Positions 8,786 through 18,807 of a DNA stretch of 64,000 nt are shown here, in pieces (position 1 is the stretch's first letter; every line of letters begins with the position of its first letter). The position numbers and the translations under genes are program-made. The DNA is taken from NCBI GenBank assembly GCA_021816725.1, contig JAKAXD010000001.1, positions 437,209 through 501,208 on the forward strand, read 5' to 3'. A model generated the notes under the pieces. It did not search any database and was not told the origin of the DNA. It saw only the letters and a program-made list of their open reading frames with translations. The stretch is from Thermoplasmata archaeon. GTDB lineage: Archaea > Thermoplasmatota > Thermoplasmata > Thermoplasmatales > GCA-001856825.

Positions 8786-9695
8786 GGTAGATAGCATATC
8801 AAAGATGATTGGGCGCGAGAACATCTTGACTGACGTAAGCTTCTCGCTTAAGGATGGGGAGGTGAAGGTAATCGTGGGTGCCTCCGGAAGCGGGAAGACA
8901 AGCATCCTGAACTCAATTGCAGGAATTATCAGGCCTGATAAGGGAACCATCATAAAGGATGGAGAAGACATTACAGATCTCGAAATTGAGAAAAGGAATA
9001 TCGGATTCGTGTTCCAGGACCTTGGGCTGTTCTATTCGATGAATGTTGCGGAGAACATTGCTTACGGCCTGCGGATAAGGGAGAAGGATATTTCTGAAAT
9101 CAATAGAAGGACATTGGAAATAAGCAAGGCACTATCTATCGAGGATCAGCTATTGAAGTATCCTGCCCAGCTCAGTGGAGGGGAGAAACAGCTAGTATCC
9201 CTTGCAAGAACGCTGATAACAAATCCCGACCTGATACTCATGGACGAACCACTATCATCCCTTGACTCCTTTCTAAGGAACTCCATGCGATGGTACATAA
9301 AGGACATTCAGAAGAAATTTGGCGTTTCCATAATTTATGTGACTCATGATCTTGCAGATGCCGAAATACTTGCCGATTCTATCGCGATATTGGACCAGGG
9401 TTCGATCCTTGACGACGGTGAAAAGGAGCTCATACTCAATCATCCCAAGAATGCTGCAGTGGCGAGGATACTTGGATACAACATATTCAGGATGGATGGT
9501 TTGGAATACGCAATCCACCCTACAAGAGTGAGGGCAGGGGGACAGACAAGGATTAAGATCCTCTACCACGAAAAGGGGATGAAGGACAACTACCTGCTAG
9601 AAACTGAATTTGGAAGGATCAGTTTTGTTTCTGATAATCAGATTAAAGAGGAGGATGGGGTGTCTCTAGAAGACTCACTTCCATTGCGGGAATAG
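8763..9695 (+). CDS. thiQ: ABC transporter ATP-binding protein (ThiQ-like) with C-terminal extension
   Basis: Walker A GASGSGKTS, signature LSGGEKQ, Walker B LILMDEP, H-loop VTHD. An extra C-terminal domain of about 80 aa is present. Overlaps the permease gene. Confidence 0.85.
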   Translation: MVHLDKLKVDSISKMIGRENILTDVSFSLKDGEVKVIVGASGSGKTSILNSIAGIIRPDKGTIIKDGEDITDLEIEKRNIGFVFQDLGLFYSMNVAENIAYGLRIREKDISEINRRTLEISKALSIEDQLLKYPAQLSGGEKQLVSLARTLITNPDLILMDEPLSSLDSFLRNSMRWYIKDIQKKFGVSIIYVTHDLADAEILADSIAILDQGSILDDGEKELILNHPKNAAVARILGYNIFRMDGLEYAIHPTRVRAGGQTRIKILYHEKGMKDNYLLETEFGRISFVSDNQIKEEDGVSLEDSLPLRE

Positions 9696-9748
9696 GATAG
9701 AGATACCACTAAACGCGAATACTTATGATTAAGATAATACGGAAGTAA

Positions 9749-10378
9749 ATGATACAACCACAGATGCTCTGCGGATGTGACGAGGCTGGAAGAGGACCAG
9801 TAATCGGACCAATGGTCATTGCAGTTGTCTGTGGGGATTCTGATAAAATGAAGAGGATAGGCGTCAAGGATTCCAAGTTACTATCTGAGATGATAAGGGA
9901 GTCGATGCTGAAGGAGATATATGAAGCAGCAGAGTCTGTTGAGTACGTCATAGTGAACGAGGGCCAGATCGACGAAGCCACGTTCAAGAAAGGTCTAAAT
10001 TTACTTGAGGCAAGAACAATAGCTAAATTGATCAGGCCCGAGAATGAATATATCATAGACTGTCCAGACGTCAATGAAGAAAGGTTCTCCAGGCTCCTTA
10101 CGGAACTCAGCGGAAACAGGAACATAATATCAAGGCACAAGGCTGATGTGTACTTCCCGCTAGTATCTGCTGCCTCAATCGTTGCAAAGGTGACTAGGGA
10201 AAAGGAAATCCTGTCTATAAAGAGTGAGATAGGCGATTTCGGGTCAGGATATCCATCCGATGAGAGGACAATAAGATTCCTTAAGGATTATTACAGGAGA
10301 TACAAGTCACTTCCACCGCACGTGAGAAAGTCATGGAAGACTGTTAACGCAATTACATCTACGCTTGAGGATTATTGA
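9749..10378 (+). CDS. rnhB: ribonuclease HII
   Basis: CGCDEAGRGPVIGPMVIAV active-site block, ADVYFPLVSAASIVAKVTRE, and a C-terminal TLEDY PIP-like tail. Confidence 0.9.
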   Translation: MIQPQMLCGCDEAGRGPVIGPMVIAVVCGDSDKMKRIGVKDSKLLSEMIRESMLKEIYEAAESVEYVIVNEGQIDEATFKKGLNLLEARTIAKLIRPENEYIIDCPDVNEERFSRLLTELSGNRNIISRHKADVYFPLVSAASIVAKVTREKEILSIKSEIGDFGSGYPSDERTIRFLKDYYRRYKSLPPHVRKSWKTVNAITSTLEDY

Positions 10379-10399
10379 AATTATTTATTCTACAACAAA

Positions 10400-13300
10400 A
10401 TGAGTGTATCAATGTTAGATCAGCTCGAAAATTATTTTCAGAATTTGAAGAACCTTTCGAGCTTTCAATATGATATAGCAAGAAGGGCAAGATCACAGGG
10501 CAAGGACTGTGAGACCTCTGTTGAGATACCCCAGGCTGAAGATTTGGCTGGAAGGGTCCAGGCACTGACCGGCATAGAGGCATCGGATATCATAAAGGAA
10601 CTTTCCAAGAAGTATGACAGAGAAAGGGTGGCTATCGAGGCTGCTTTATCCGTGTCCCAAAGTTATGACGGACCCGAAGAAGTCAGGATTGAGAAGGGTA
10701 TAAGGGTAGCTCTTGCCATACTTACTGAGGGAATCTTGGTTGCACCGCTAGAGGGTATAACGGGTGTGAAGATAAAGCAGAGAAACGGTGGAAATTACCT
10801 AGCCATATACTATTCAGGACCTATAAGAAGCGCAGGCGGTACAGCGCAAGCACTGAGCGTATTCGTAGGGGACCTCCTTCGGAGAAAATTTGGAATTGGA
10901 AAATATGTGGCAAGCCAGGAAGAGATAGAAAGATCGAAAGAGGAGATACCGTTATATGCAAGAGTGCAGCATCTGCAGTACTTGCCTACAGTGGAGGAGA
11001 TAGAGACAGCAGTCAAGGGATCTCCAGTATGCATTACGGGCGAAGGGACGGAAGAGGCAGAAATAACGGGACACAGAAATCTGCCTGATATAGAAACTAA
11101 CAGGTTGAGAGGGGGAATGGCGCTAGTAATTGCGGAGGGCCTTATTTTAAAGGGGCCGAAGCTAAAGAAGTACGTTAAGACATTCGGCCTAGAAGGCTGG
11201 TCTTTCTCATCCGAGAAGAAAACTGAGAAGAATGTCTTCCCGAATTCCAACTACCTGAAGGAAATGCTCGCAGGAAGACCTGCTCTCGCATATCCCTCAA
11301 AGAAGGGGGGTTTCAGGCTTCGTTATGGAAGGTCAAGAAATACCGGCCTTGCAGCTGTTGCAATCAATCCAGTGACCATGAAAGTACTCGATGATTTCAT
11401 AGCAATAGGTACCCAGATCAAGATGGAACGGCCTGGAAAGGCTGGAGCAGTTGTAGCCAATTCCAACCTTGAAGGACCTACGGTCATTCTTGAAAATGGG
11501 AGCCTAGTAACCCTAAGGACGGAGCAGATGTTCAGGGAGCATCAGGGGGCGATAAGAGAGATAGTTGACCTCGGAGAGATAATGATATCATTCGGCGAGT
11601 TCATAGAAAACAACAAGGTGCTATTTCCGGGCGCTTTCACGGAATCATGGTGGGGAAAGTTGTGCCTGCAGAAGATAGGCAGGATTCCAGCTGTGAATGA
11701 TGACAAGAGCGCTATAGATGCATCCGTAAGGCTTGGGGTTCCGCTCCATCCACGCTACACCTACCTGTGGCATGACGTGAACATTGAAGATATCCAGCTT
11801 TTCAGGGAGATACTGGAAAATGACTCCTTGATTAAGGACGACCACCTTGAACTCCCAGATACTGAATTCAGCAGGAGATTCCTTGCAGATCTGTTATGCG
11901 AGTACGATGTAACTGACAAAATAACAGTGAGGAATTACCTGAGCCTTGTCGTACCTCTGGGAATGAGGATCGAAAACTCAAGGCCATTCTCTAGTAAGAA
12001 GGTATCTGGAAATGATATAATGAAAACGATCAATGACCTGGCAGGATTTCCTGTCTACCCAAAGGGATTGTCCAGGATCGGGGCAAGGATGGGGAGACCG
12101 GAAAAAGCGGAAGAGAGAAAAATGAACCCGCCTGTACACGTACTCTTCCCTGTCGGCAACATCCAGAAGAACAGGAGAGACCTAAACCAGTATGAGGAAC
12201 TGTCGGGGACTGAGATGCAGATCAGGCAGTGTCCTGGATGTGGGAACACGACATACTTGAATACCTGTGAGAAATGCGGGGCACATACAACCCCTACTGA
12301 CAGGACCAGGGAGTTTGAAATAAACATATCTGAAGTCTTGAAAAACAAAGGGGAGGAACTGGGCATAGCCCTTCCAAAGAAGGTAAATGGAGTAAGGGGA
12401 CTTACCTCCACTCACAAGACACCAGAACCTTTGGAGAAAGGTGTTCTTAGGGCATCTAAATCTGTATATCCTTTCAAGGATGGTACCTGCAGATTTGATA
12501 TGTCCGACGTTCCATTAACGCATGCAAGGCTGGACGAGATAGGTCTCACAACTGATATTGCAAGGAAGTTGGGATATACCAAGGATTACAAGGGGAATGA
12601 ACTCGTTGAGGTATCTCAGATAATTGAGATTTTTCCACAGGACATTGTCCCCAGCAAAAAAGCTGGAGATTACCTTCTAAGGGTGTCTAACTTCGTGGAT
12701 GATCTTCTCCAGAAATTCTACGATCTTGAACCATTCTATCACGCCAAGACAAAGGAGGACCTCATCGGTACCCTAATAATAGGTTTGGCTCCTCATACCT
12801 CCGGAGGCATATTAGGCAGAATTATTGGTTATACTGAGGGGGATGTCTGTTATGCCCATCCCTTTTTTCACGCTGCAAAGAGGAGGAATTGTGACGGGGA
12901 CGAAGACTCAGTCATGCTTCTTCTTGACGGATTGCTGAATTTCTCCCTTGATTACCTGCCCAATTCAAGGGGCAGTCTTATGGATGCACCGCTTGTACTT
13001 TCCCTAAGGATAAATCCGACGGAGATAGATAAGGAAGCACTTAACCTTGACATCACAGGAGAATATCCTGCTGAACTACTTGAGATGACACTGAAGTTCC
13101 CGGACCCGTCGGAAGTGATGAAATATGTGGTAACTGCAGGAATGAAAATTGCTAAGGGAGATTTATTTCCCAAGTGCGAATTCAGTGATGACACATCATC
13201 AGTAAATCTTGGAACAATCAGTTCAAGTTACAAGAGTATCCCGAGTATGGAACAGAAACTTGAGATGACCCTGGACCTAGCACGCAAGTTGAGGGCAGTC

Positions 13301-13654
13301 GATGCGTCTGATATGGCAGAGAGAATTCTAAAGTCCCACTTCATCCCAGATATAATGGGAAACCTCAATAAGTTTGGATCACAGACCTTCAGGTGCACTT
13401 CCTGCAACCGCATTTATCGACGGCCGCCCATAACAGGAAAATGCAGAAAGTGCGGGACTCAACTTATCGGAACGGTCCACAGGGGGAACATCACCAAATA
13501 CCTAGAAACGAGCTACAACATCACGAACCAATATGATGTAAGTAATTATGTCCGCCAGAGAATCAAGATAATGAGGGAATCCGTGAATTCGATCTTCGAG
13601 GCAAGAGATAATACTGGAAATTTCAAAACGCTGGAGGATTTCGATGATACCTAG
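10400..13654 (+). CDS. polC: DNA polymerase II (PolD) large subunit DP2
   Basis: 1084 aa with typical DP2 blocks (YSGPIRSAGGTAQA, GRPEKA, GLAPHTSGG, NCDGDEDS). Zn-finger Cys clusters CPGCG..CEKCG and CTSCN..CRKCG. No intein. Confidence 0.95.
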   Translation: MSVSMLDQLENYFQNLKNLSSFQYDIARRARSQGKDCETSVEIPQAEDLAGRVQALTGIEASDIIKELSKKYDRERVAIEAALSVSQSYDGPEEVRIEKGIRVALAILTEGILVAPLEGITGVKIKQRNGGNYLAIYYSGPIRSAGGTAQALSVFVGDLLRRKFGIGKYVASQEEIERSKEEIPLYARVQHLQYLPTVEEIETAVKGSPVCITGEGTEEAEITGHRNLPDIETNRLRGGMALVIAEGLILKGPKLKKYVKTFGLEGWSFSSEKKTEKNVFPNSNYLKEMLAGRPALAYPSKKGGFRLRYGRSRNTGLAAVAINPVTMKVLDDFIAIGTQIKMERPGKAGAVVANSNLEGPTVILENGSLVTLRTEQMFREHQGAIREIVDLGEIMISFGEFIENNKVLFPGAFTESWWGKLCLQKIGRIPAVNDDKSAIDASVRLGVPLHPRYTYLWHDVNIEDIQLFREILENDSLIKDDHLELPDTEFSRRFLADLLCEYDVTDKITVRNYLSLVVPLGMRIENSRPFSSKKVSGNDIMKTINDLAGFPVYPKGLSRIGARMGRPEKAEERKMNPPVHVLFPVGNIQKNRRDLNQYEELSGTEMQIRQCPGCGNTTYLNTCEKCGAHTTPTDRTREFEINISEVLKNKGEELGIALPKKVNGVRGLTSTHKTPEPLEKGVLRASKSVYPFKDGTCRFDMSDVPLTHARLDEIGLTTDIARKLGYTKDYKGNELVEVSQIIEIFPQDIVPSKKAGDYLLRVSNFVDDLLQKFYDLEPFYHAKTKEDLIGTLIIGLAPHTSGGILGRIIGYTEGDVCYAHPFFHAAKRRNCDGDEDSVMLLLDGLLNFSLDYLPNSRGSLMDAPLVLSLRINPTEIDKEALNLDITGEYPAELLEMTLKFPDPSEVMKYVVTAGMKIAKGDLFPKCEFSDDTSSVNLGTISSSYKSIPSMEQKLEMTLDLARKLRAVDASDMAERILKSHFIPDIMGNLNKFGSQTFRCTSCNRIYRRPPITGKCRKCGTQLIGTVHRGNITKYLETSYNITNQYDVSNYVRQRIKIMRESVNSIFEARDNTGNFKTLEDFDDT

Positions 13655-14411
13655 GGTATACTTTGTGGGCACTGCCGGTTCTGGAAAGTCAACGCTGGTA
13701 AGTTCGTTCAAGGAATGGCTTGAAAACATGAGCTACGATGCCATTACTGTGAATTTAGATCCAGGTGCAGAGTTCCTTCCTTACACTCCGGACATAGACA
13801 TAAGGGAGAACATATCGTTAGAAAGCGTGATGCAGAACTATAACTTGGGCCCTAACGGCGCACAGATCGTTGCAGCGGACCTCATGGTTCAGGAGGTGGA
13901 ACGGATTAAGGAACTGATAGATTCGTACGACTCTGACTACACCCTAATAGACACTCCCGGCCAGCTGGAGCTTTTTGCTTTCAGAGGATCGTCAACACAA
14001 CTCGTAACTGCGCTTGGAGAAGAGAGCAACGCACTCATATACCTGTTTGACTCTGTCCTGATGAAGAATCCTGAATCATACGTGTCGTCAAAATTTCTTG
14101 CAATGAGCGTGATGACAAGATTCTACATCCCATTCCTTGGCATAGTTTCCAAATCTGACCTCCTCGAACCTGTTGAAAGACAGAATATTGAAAGGTGGGA
14201 CAGGAATAAGAACGAGATCCTTGAAGATTTAAGGGCAAAATCCGCCAAGCTAAACCTGCAACTATCTGAGGCCATACTCGGTGGAAGCGAAAGTCTCAAC
14301 ATACTTGGTGAAAGCGTCTTCACTTCATCAGAATCAGATGATGGCATGGAAAATATTTATTCGTTCCTGCAAAGTTTGTTCTATGGGTCAGACGACCTAG
14401 AAAAGCGATAA
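13644..14411 (+). CDS. GPN-loop GTPase (PAB0955 family)
   Basis: P-loop GTAGSGKST, GPNG (the GPN motif), DTPGQLE, SKSD. Overlaps the polD stop by 11 nt. Confidence 0.85.
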   Translation: MIPRVYFVGTAGSGKSTLVSSFKEWLENMSYDAITVNLDPGAEFLPYTPDIDIRENISLESVMQNYNLGPNGAQIVAADLMVQEVERIKELIDSYDSDYTLIDTPGQLELFAFRGSSTQLVTALGEESNALIYLFDSVLMKNPESYVSSKFLAMSVMTRFYIPFLGIVSKSDLLEPVERQNIERWDRNKNEILEDLRAKSAKLNLQLSEAILGGSESLNILGESVFTSSESDDGMENIYSFLQSLFYGSDDLEKR

Positions 14412-14440
14412 ATCCAGGGTTTGTTAAGAAAACTATAAAT

Positions 14441-15550
14441 ATGCCGTCTGACATACGTATGATTATGCCAAACGATAATTTCATTCAAAATCAGAGGAAC
14501 TTTGCCTCTCCTGATGATGAAGAACTTGCAAAACTAGTGGAATCGATGAAGGTGAACATCAAAATTGTGGGTTGTGGCGGAGCTGGAACAAACACAATTA
14601 ACAGATGTGCAAAATCGGGCATCTTTGGGGCGGAATTGATAGCAATGAATACTGACGCACCACACCTGCTCACTGTTCAAGCTAACAGGAAAATTCTTGT
14701 CGGGAAGAGAACAACAAGAGGTCTTGGAGCGGGAGCAATCCCACAAGTTGGGGAAGAAGCTGCCCGTGAAGATTATGGAGACATTCAATCCTCCCTTGGT
14801 AACTCGGAAATAGTCTTCATTACGTCAGGAATGGGTGGAGGAACAGGGACAGGGGTGGCACACGTTGTAGCTGAGGCTGCAAAGCAGCAAAAATCACTTG
14901 TCATAAGCATAGTAACCCTTCCGTTCTCTGCAGAGGGAAGAGTCAGAATGGACAATGCAATTTATGGCATAGAAAAATTAAGAAAGACTTCCGATACCAC
15001 AATAGTGATCCCTAATGACAAACTCCTGGAAATTGTACCGAGGCTGCCTCTTGACCAAGCGTTTAAGGTAGCTGATGAAATACTTATGGAATCCCTTAAG
15101 GGACTCACTGAAATAATAACGAAACCTGGCCTGGTAAATCTGGATTATTCTGATATTCAAACAGTCATGAAGGAAGGCGGCGTTGCTATGATAGGCATAG
15201 GAGAAAGCACTGGCGGCAAGGCAACGGTAGAAGAAGCAGTCACTGAAGCTATAACATCTCCATTGATTGAGGCCGATATATCAACGACAAGAGGCGCATT
15301 GGTCAGGATAGTGGGTGGAGAGGACATGACAGTTTCCCAAGCAGAGACGGCAGTTAGAATGGTTCAAGAGAAAGTTAACCCCATGGCAAGGATAGTCTGG
15401 GGTGCGTCTGTAGATCCAACTCTGGTAGGGGAATTCAAGGTTCTCGTAGTTCTCACAGGCGTTAACTCTCCTTATTTCCTTAGCTCCAGTAAAGGAGTTT
15501 CCATGAGTGGAGCAAAGGGATTGGATGCAGAAATAGACTCGGTGATGTAG
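14441..15550 (+). CDS. ftsZ: cell division protein FtsZ
   Basis: GCGGAGTNTINR (T1), GMGGGTGTG (T4 signature), NTD, and LPFSAEGRVR..IVIPND plus a full C-terminal domain. Confidence 0.95.
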   Translation: MPSDIRMIMPNDNFIQNQRNFASPDDEELAKLVESMKVNIKIVGCGGAGTNTINRCAKSGIFGAELIAMNTDAPHLLTVQANRKILVGKRTTRGLGAGAIPQVGEEAAREDYGDIQSSLGNSEIVFITSGMGGGTGTGVAHVVAEAAKQQKSLVISIVTLPFSAEGRVRMDNAIYGIEKLRKTSDTTIVIPNDKLLEIVPRLPLDQAFKVADEILMESLKGLTEIITKPGLVNLDYSDIQTVMKEGGVAMIGIGESTGGKATVEEAVTEAITSPLIEADISTTRGALVRIVGGEDMTVSQAETAVRMVQEKVNPMARIVWGASVDPTLVGEFKVLVVLTGVNSPYFLSSSKGVSMSGAKGLDAEIDSVM

Positions 15551-15552
15551 AA

Positions 15553-15933
15553 ATGGAGAAGAAAGTATTCAGACTGGTTTCCGGTCTTTTCGGATTTCTT
15601 GCTTCGATTCTCTTGGTGGTCTACGTCTTCCAGGTAACTCATGCCATACTTCAAGCAGTGCTCTATACATCGTTTGCATTCCTTGCATACTCTCTAGCTT
15701 CCTACCTGCTTCTGTCCAACTCACCTAACAAGGTTGTCAGGTTGATACCATTCGTCTATCTTGGGGCTGGACTGGCAATGGTGTATGCAGTAGTCGTTCT
15801 TGCAGGCGGACACAACATGTTCCTGTATCTTGCAGTTACAACAGCAGTGATAGCGGCAATAAGTTACATATATGCATCATATGCGGCAGGCTACCATAGG
15901 AACGTAAGCAAGCTGGGCCTAAAGGCCCATTAA
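15553..15933 (+). CDS. hypothetical integral membrane protein
   Basis: 126 aa with four predicted TM helices. Starts 2 nt after the ftsZ stop. No recognisable family. Confidence 0.55.
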   Translation: MEKKVFRLVSGLFGFLASILLVVYVFQVTHAILQAVLYTSFAFLAYSLASYLLLSNSPNKVVRLIPFVYLGAGLAMVYAVVVLAGGHNMFLYLAVTTAVIAAISYIYASYAAGYHRNVSKLGLKAH

Positions 15934-15948
15934 TTTTTTCATTTTTTT
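15934..15948 (+). terminator. oligo-T archaeal termination signal
   Basis: T6 (15934-15939) and T7 (15942-15948) lie immediately after the stop codon. They are preceded by a GGGCC-TAAA-GGCCC hairpin at 15914-15927. Confidence 0.45.
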
Positions 15949-16007
15949 ATTATAGATTCTTCTTTCTTGTTCTGAAGCGTTAATATAGTATCTATTTATC
16001 ATCGGAG

Positions 16008-18110
16008 GTGAAGGAAAAGGTATTCGTATTTGCGGCCCTACCATATGTCAACAGCAGTCTTCACCTAGGCCACATTGCCGGAGCATATCTTCCATACGAC
16101 GTATTCAGGAGATTCCTGAAACTCAGGGGGTACGACGTCATTTCCACCTCTGGAAGCGACGAGCACGGTACTCCAATCACTGTAAAATCTATCAGGGAAG
16201 GTATCCCGCCAGAGGAAATAGTGGAGAAATACCATAAACTGAATCTTGAAATATTCAGAAAGATGAACATTGAGTTTGATGCATATATTGAAACGTCTTC
16301 AGAACTTCACAAGGAAATAACGTCAAAGTTCCTCGTAACTTTGAAGAATAAAGATTACATTTACGAGGCGGAGATGACGCAGCCATTCTGCGTTAAGGAA
16401 AACATTTTCCTAGCAGACAGGTACGTCAAGGGCAAATGCCCATACTGTGGATACGAGGAAGCAACTGGCGACCAGTGTGAGAATTGCGGAAGGACCCTGG
16501 AACCAGGAGAACTCATAGATCCTTTATGCATCTTTGACCTGACCACACCTGAGTTCAGGCAGACCAAGCACCTTTTTTTCAGGCTGTCTAAACTGCAGGA
16601 AGACCTTGAGAAATATATAGATTCGAGGGCAAATTGGAGGCAGAATGTGCTCAATTTCACTAGGAACTTCATTTCAGGAGGACTAAAGGATAGGCCCATA
16701 ACAAGGGACCTCAACTGGGGAGTTGACGTTCCATTCCCGGGATATGAGAACAAGAAGATATATGTCTGGTTCGAGGCGCTTATCGGATACATTACGGGCG
16801 TATCAACCGTCCTCGATAGTCAGGAAGATGCATTGGCGATGTGGAAGAACCCGAATTTAAGGTATTACCATTTCGTAGGGAAGGACAACATAGTATTCCA
16901 TTCTATTATATGGCCAGGGATGTTGCTTGCTCACGGAAACATGATCCTTCCCTACTTTGTGGCTGCAAACGAATTCCTAAATTTCAGGGGGGAGAAGTTT
17001 TCTAAAAGCAAGGGAACTGGATTTTCAATGATCCAGTTGCTTGAACGCTATGATCCAGAATTCATCAGGTTTGGCGTACTCTACAACCTCCCTGAAGAAC
17101 ACGATGCCGACTTTACGATTGAAGAGTTTGAAAACAGGGTTAACACTGAATTGATAGATAAGTTCGGGAATTTTGTGAATCGCGCATTGATATTAGCATT
17201 CAAAAAAGGACCAATAAGCATCGACCAGATTGCGCAGAACGACCTGGATACGGAGGCTGAGAACAGAATAAGGAATTCCATTGCAACAATAATTAAGGAG
17301 ATGGATGGGGTCCATATAAGGAATGCATTCCGGGCCTGGTTGGAACTTGCATACTATGGTAACAGCTATATTACCAACAGGAAGCCATGGGAACAGTGTA
17401 AGAGAGATGACGCGAACTGTAATGCTGCAATATATACGGGAGTAAAAATAGTGTTCGCTCTCGCGGTTTCAGGACAGATGTTCCTGCCTGCAACATCAAA
17501 GAAGATACTCTCCTGGCTTGGATATGAAGAACAGGTGGAGCTTAAAGACGATTTGGGATTCCCCGTATCGAGGATTACGTCGAAACCTGACAAGCTGTTT
17601 GAGAAAATTGTCAGCAACACCATCAACCTGAGATTGCAGATCGCACAAGTGAAGGAGGTGGACGACCATCCAAACGCGGAGAAGCTGTACCTCCTTGACC
17701 TGGACCTTGGAGACAGCAACAGGAGGATAGTAAGTGGAATAAAGGGGAGCTATAGCAAGGAAGCGCTAAAGGGAAAGAAGATTGTTGTGGTTACAAACTT
17801 GAAGCCTGCCTCAATAAGGGGAGAAACATCAAACGGAATGTTGCTTGCTGCAGAAGATGAACAGGGCATTCATCTTGTACTTGCACCAGAATCGGCAAAA
17901 AATGGGGAAGATGTCAAGATTGGCGAATTGCAGACAGACCCATCAGAAATATCAATTGAAAAATTCAGAAAGTTGGTCATCAAGACGGCAAGGAGGGGTT
18001 CTGATATTGTACCAGCACTATTTATAAATGAAAAGCAACTGTTTTTAGAGATAAGCAATGGCAGCCTGATTCTGGATGGTTCTCCTGGCGAAGGTCTGGT
18101 AATAAAATGA
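16008..18110 (+). CDS. metG: methionine--tRNA ligase with C-terminal tRNA-binding (EMAP/Trbp111-like) domain
   Basis: HLGH motif, KFSKS motif, Zn knuckle CPYCG..CENCG. The C-terminal domain carries HPNAEKLYLLDLDLG. GTG start with TTAATATA about 25 nt upstream, so probably leaderless. Confidence 0.95.
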   Translation: MKEKVFVFAALPYVNSSLHLGHIAGAYLPYDVFRRFLKLRGYDVISTSGSDEHGTPITVKSIREGIPPEEIVEKYHKLNLEIFRKMNIEFDAYIETSSELHKEITSKFLVTLKNKDYIYEAEMTQPFCVKENIFLADRYVKGKCPYCGYEEATGDQCENCGRTLEPGELIDPLCIFDLTTPEFRQTKHLFFRLSKLQEDLEKYIDSRANWRQNVLNFTRNFISGGLKDRPITRDLNWGVDVPFPGYENKKIYVWFEALIGYITGVSTVLDSQEDALAMWKNPNLRYYHFVGKDNIVFHSIIWPGMLLAHGNMILPYFVAANEFLNFRGEKFSKSKGTGFSMIQLLERYDPEFIRFGVLYNLPEEHDADFTIEEFENRVNTELIDKFGNFVNRALILAFKKGPISIDQIAQNDLDTEAENRIRNSIATIIKEMDGVHIRNAFRAWLELAYYGNSYITNRKPWEQCKRDDANCNAAIYTGVKIVFALAVSGQMFLPATSKKILSWLGYEEQVELKDDLGFPVSRITSKPDKLFEKIVSNTINLRLQIAQVKEVDDHPNAEKLYLLDLDLGDSNRRIVSGIKGSYSKEALKGKKIVVVTNLKPASIRGETSNGMLLAAEDEQGIHLVLAPESAKNGEDVKIGELQTDPSEISIEKFRKLVIKTARRGSDIVPALFINEKQLFLEISNGSLILDGSPGEGLVIK

Positions 18111-18736
18111 AAGGGGATATTCACATCCATTCAAAATATTCTCCAGACTCAATGCTAGAACCGGAAGAGATTGTCAGGGTGGCTCAGAGAAGTGGCCTCG
18201 ATTTTATAGCGATATCTGACCATAACAGGTTCAAGGAACACAATTTGGGTTTTCACACGATCAAGGCTGAAGAAGTATCTTCAATAGATGGGCACATACT
18301 TGCTATATTCATAGATGGAGAGATAACACCAAGGCTTTCGCAGGCAGAAACTGTAGAAATGATCCACGATAGAAACGGGATCGCGATTTGCGCTCATCCT
18401 TTTAGGCGAGTGAATGGAGTCCGGTCCAAATTTATTGACATTTACGATGCCATTGAAGATAAGAATGGAAGATGTAGCGCTGCCTGTAATAAGAAAGCGA
18501 GTGAACTTGCTGCAAAATTAAAAAGACCAGTGACTGCTGGAAGTGATTCCCATTTCTATGAAGAAATAGGGAGAACGTATATTGAACTGGATGCAACAGA
18601 CGACGAATCCATAAGGAAGGCCATATTAAATAATAAGGTTAAGACAAATGGTAAGGACCTATCGCCATCGGACCAGGTAAAATTATACTTCAAACTTGGA
18701 AAGGACTATGTTAAGAGAGGATTCAAGAGAATATAG
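18107..18736 (+). CDS. PHP-domain metal-dependent phosphoesterase
   Basis: GDIHIHSKYSPDS, FIAISDHN, AHPF, GSDSH. ATGA overlap with the metG stop. Confidence 0.8.
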   Translation: MKGDIHIHSKYSPDSMLEPEEIVRVAQRSGLDFIAISDHNRFKEHNLGFHTIKAEEVSSIDGHILAIFIDGEITPRLSQAETVEMIHDRNGIAICAHPFRRVNGVRSKFIDIYDAIEDKNGRCSAACNKKASELAAKLKRPVTAGSDSHFYEEIGRTYIELDATDDESIRKAILNNKVKTNGKDLSPSDQVKLYFKLGKDYVKRGFKRI

Positions 18737-18807
18737 GGAGGCATCAATTTCCACACTTTAGACCCAAAGATCTAATGCAATTCGAATTAAAAAAAAAGGA
18801 AGAAGGA

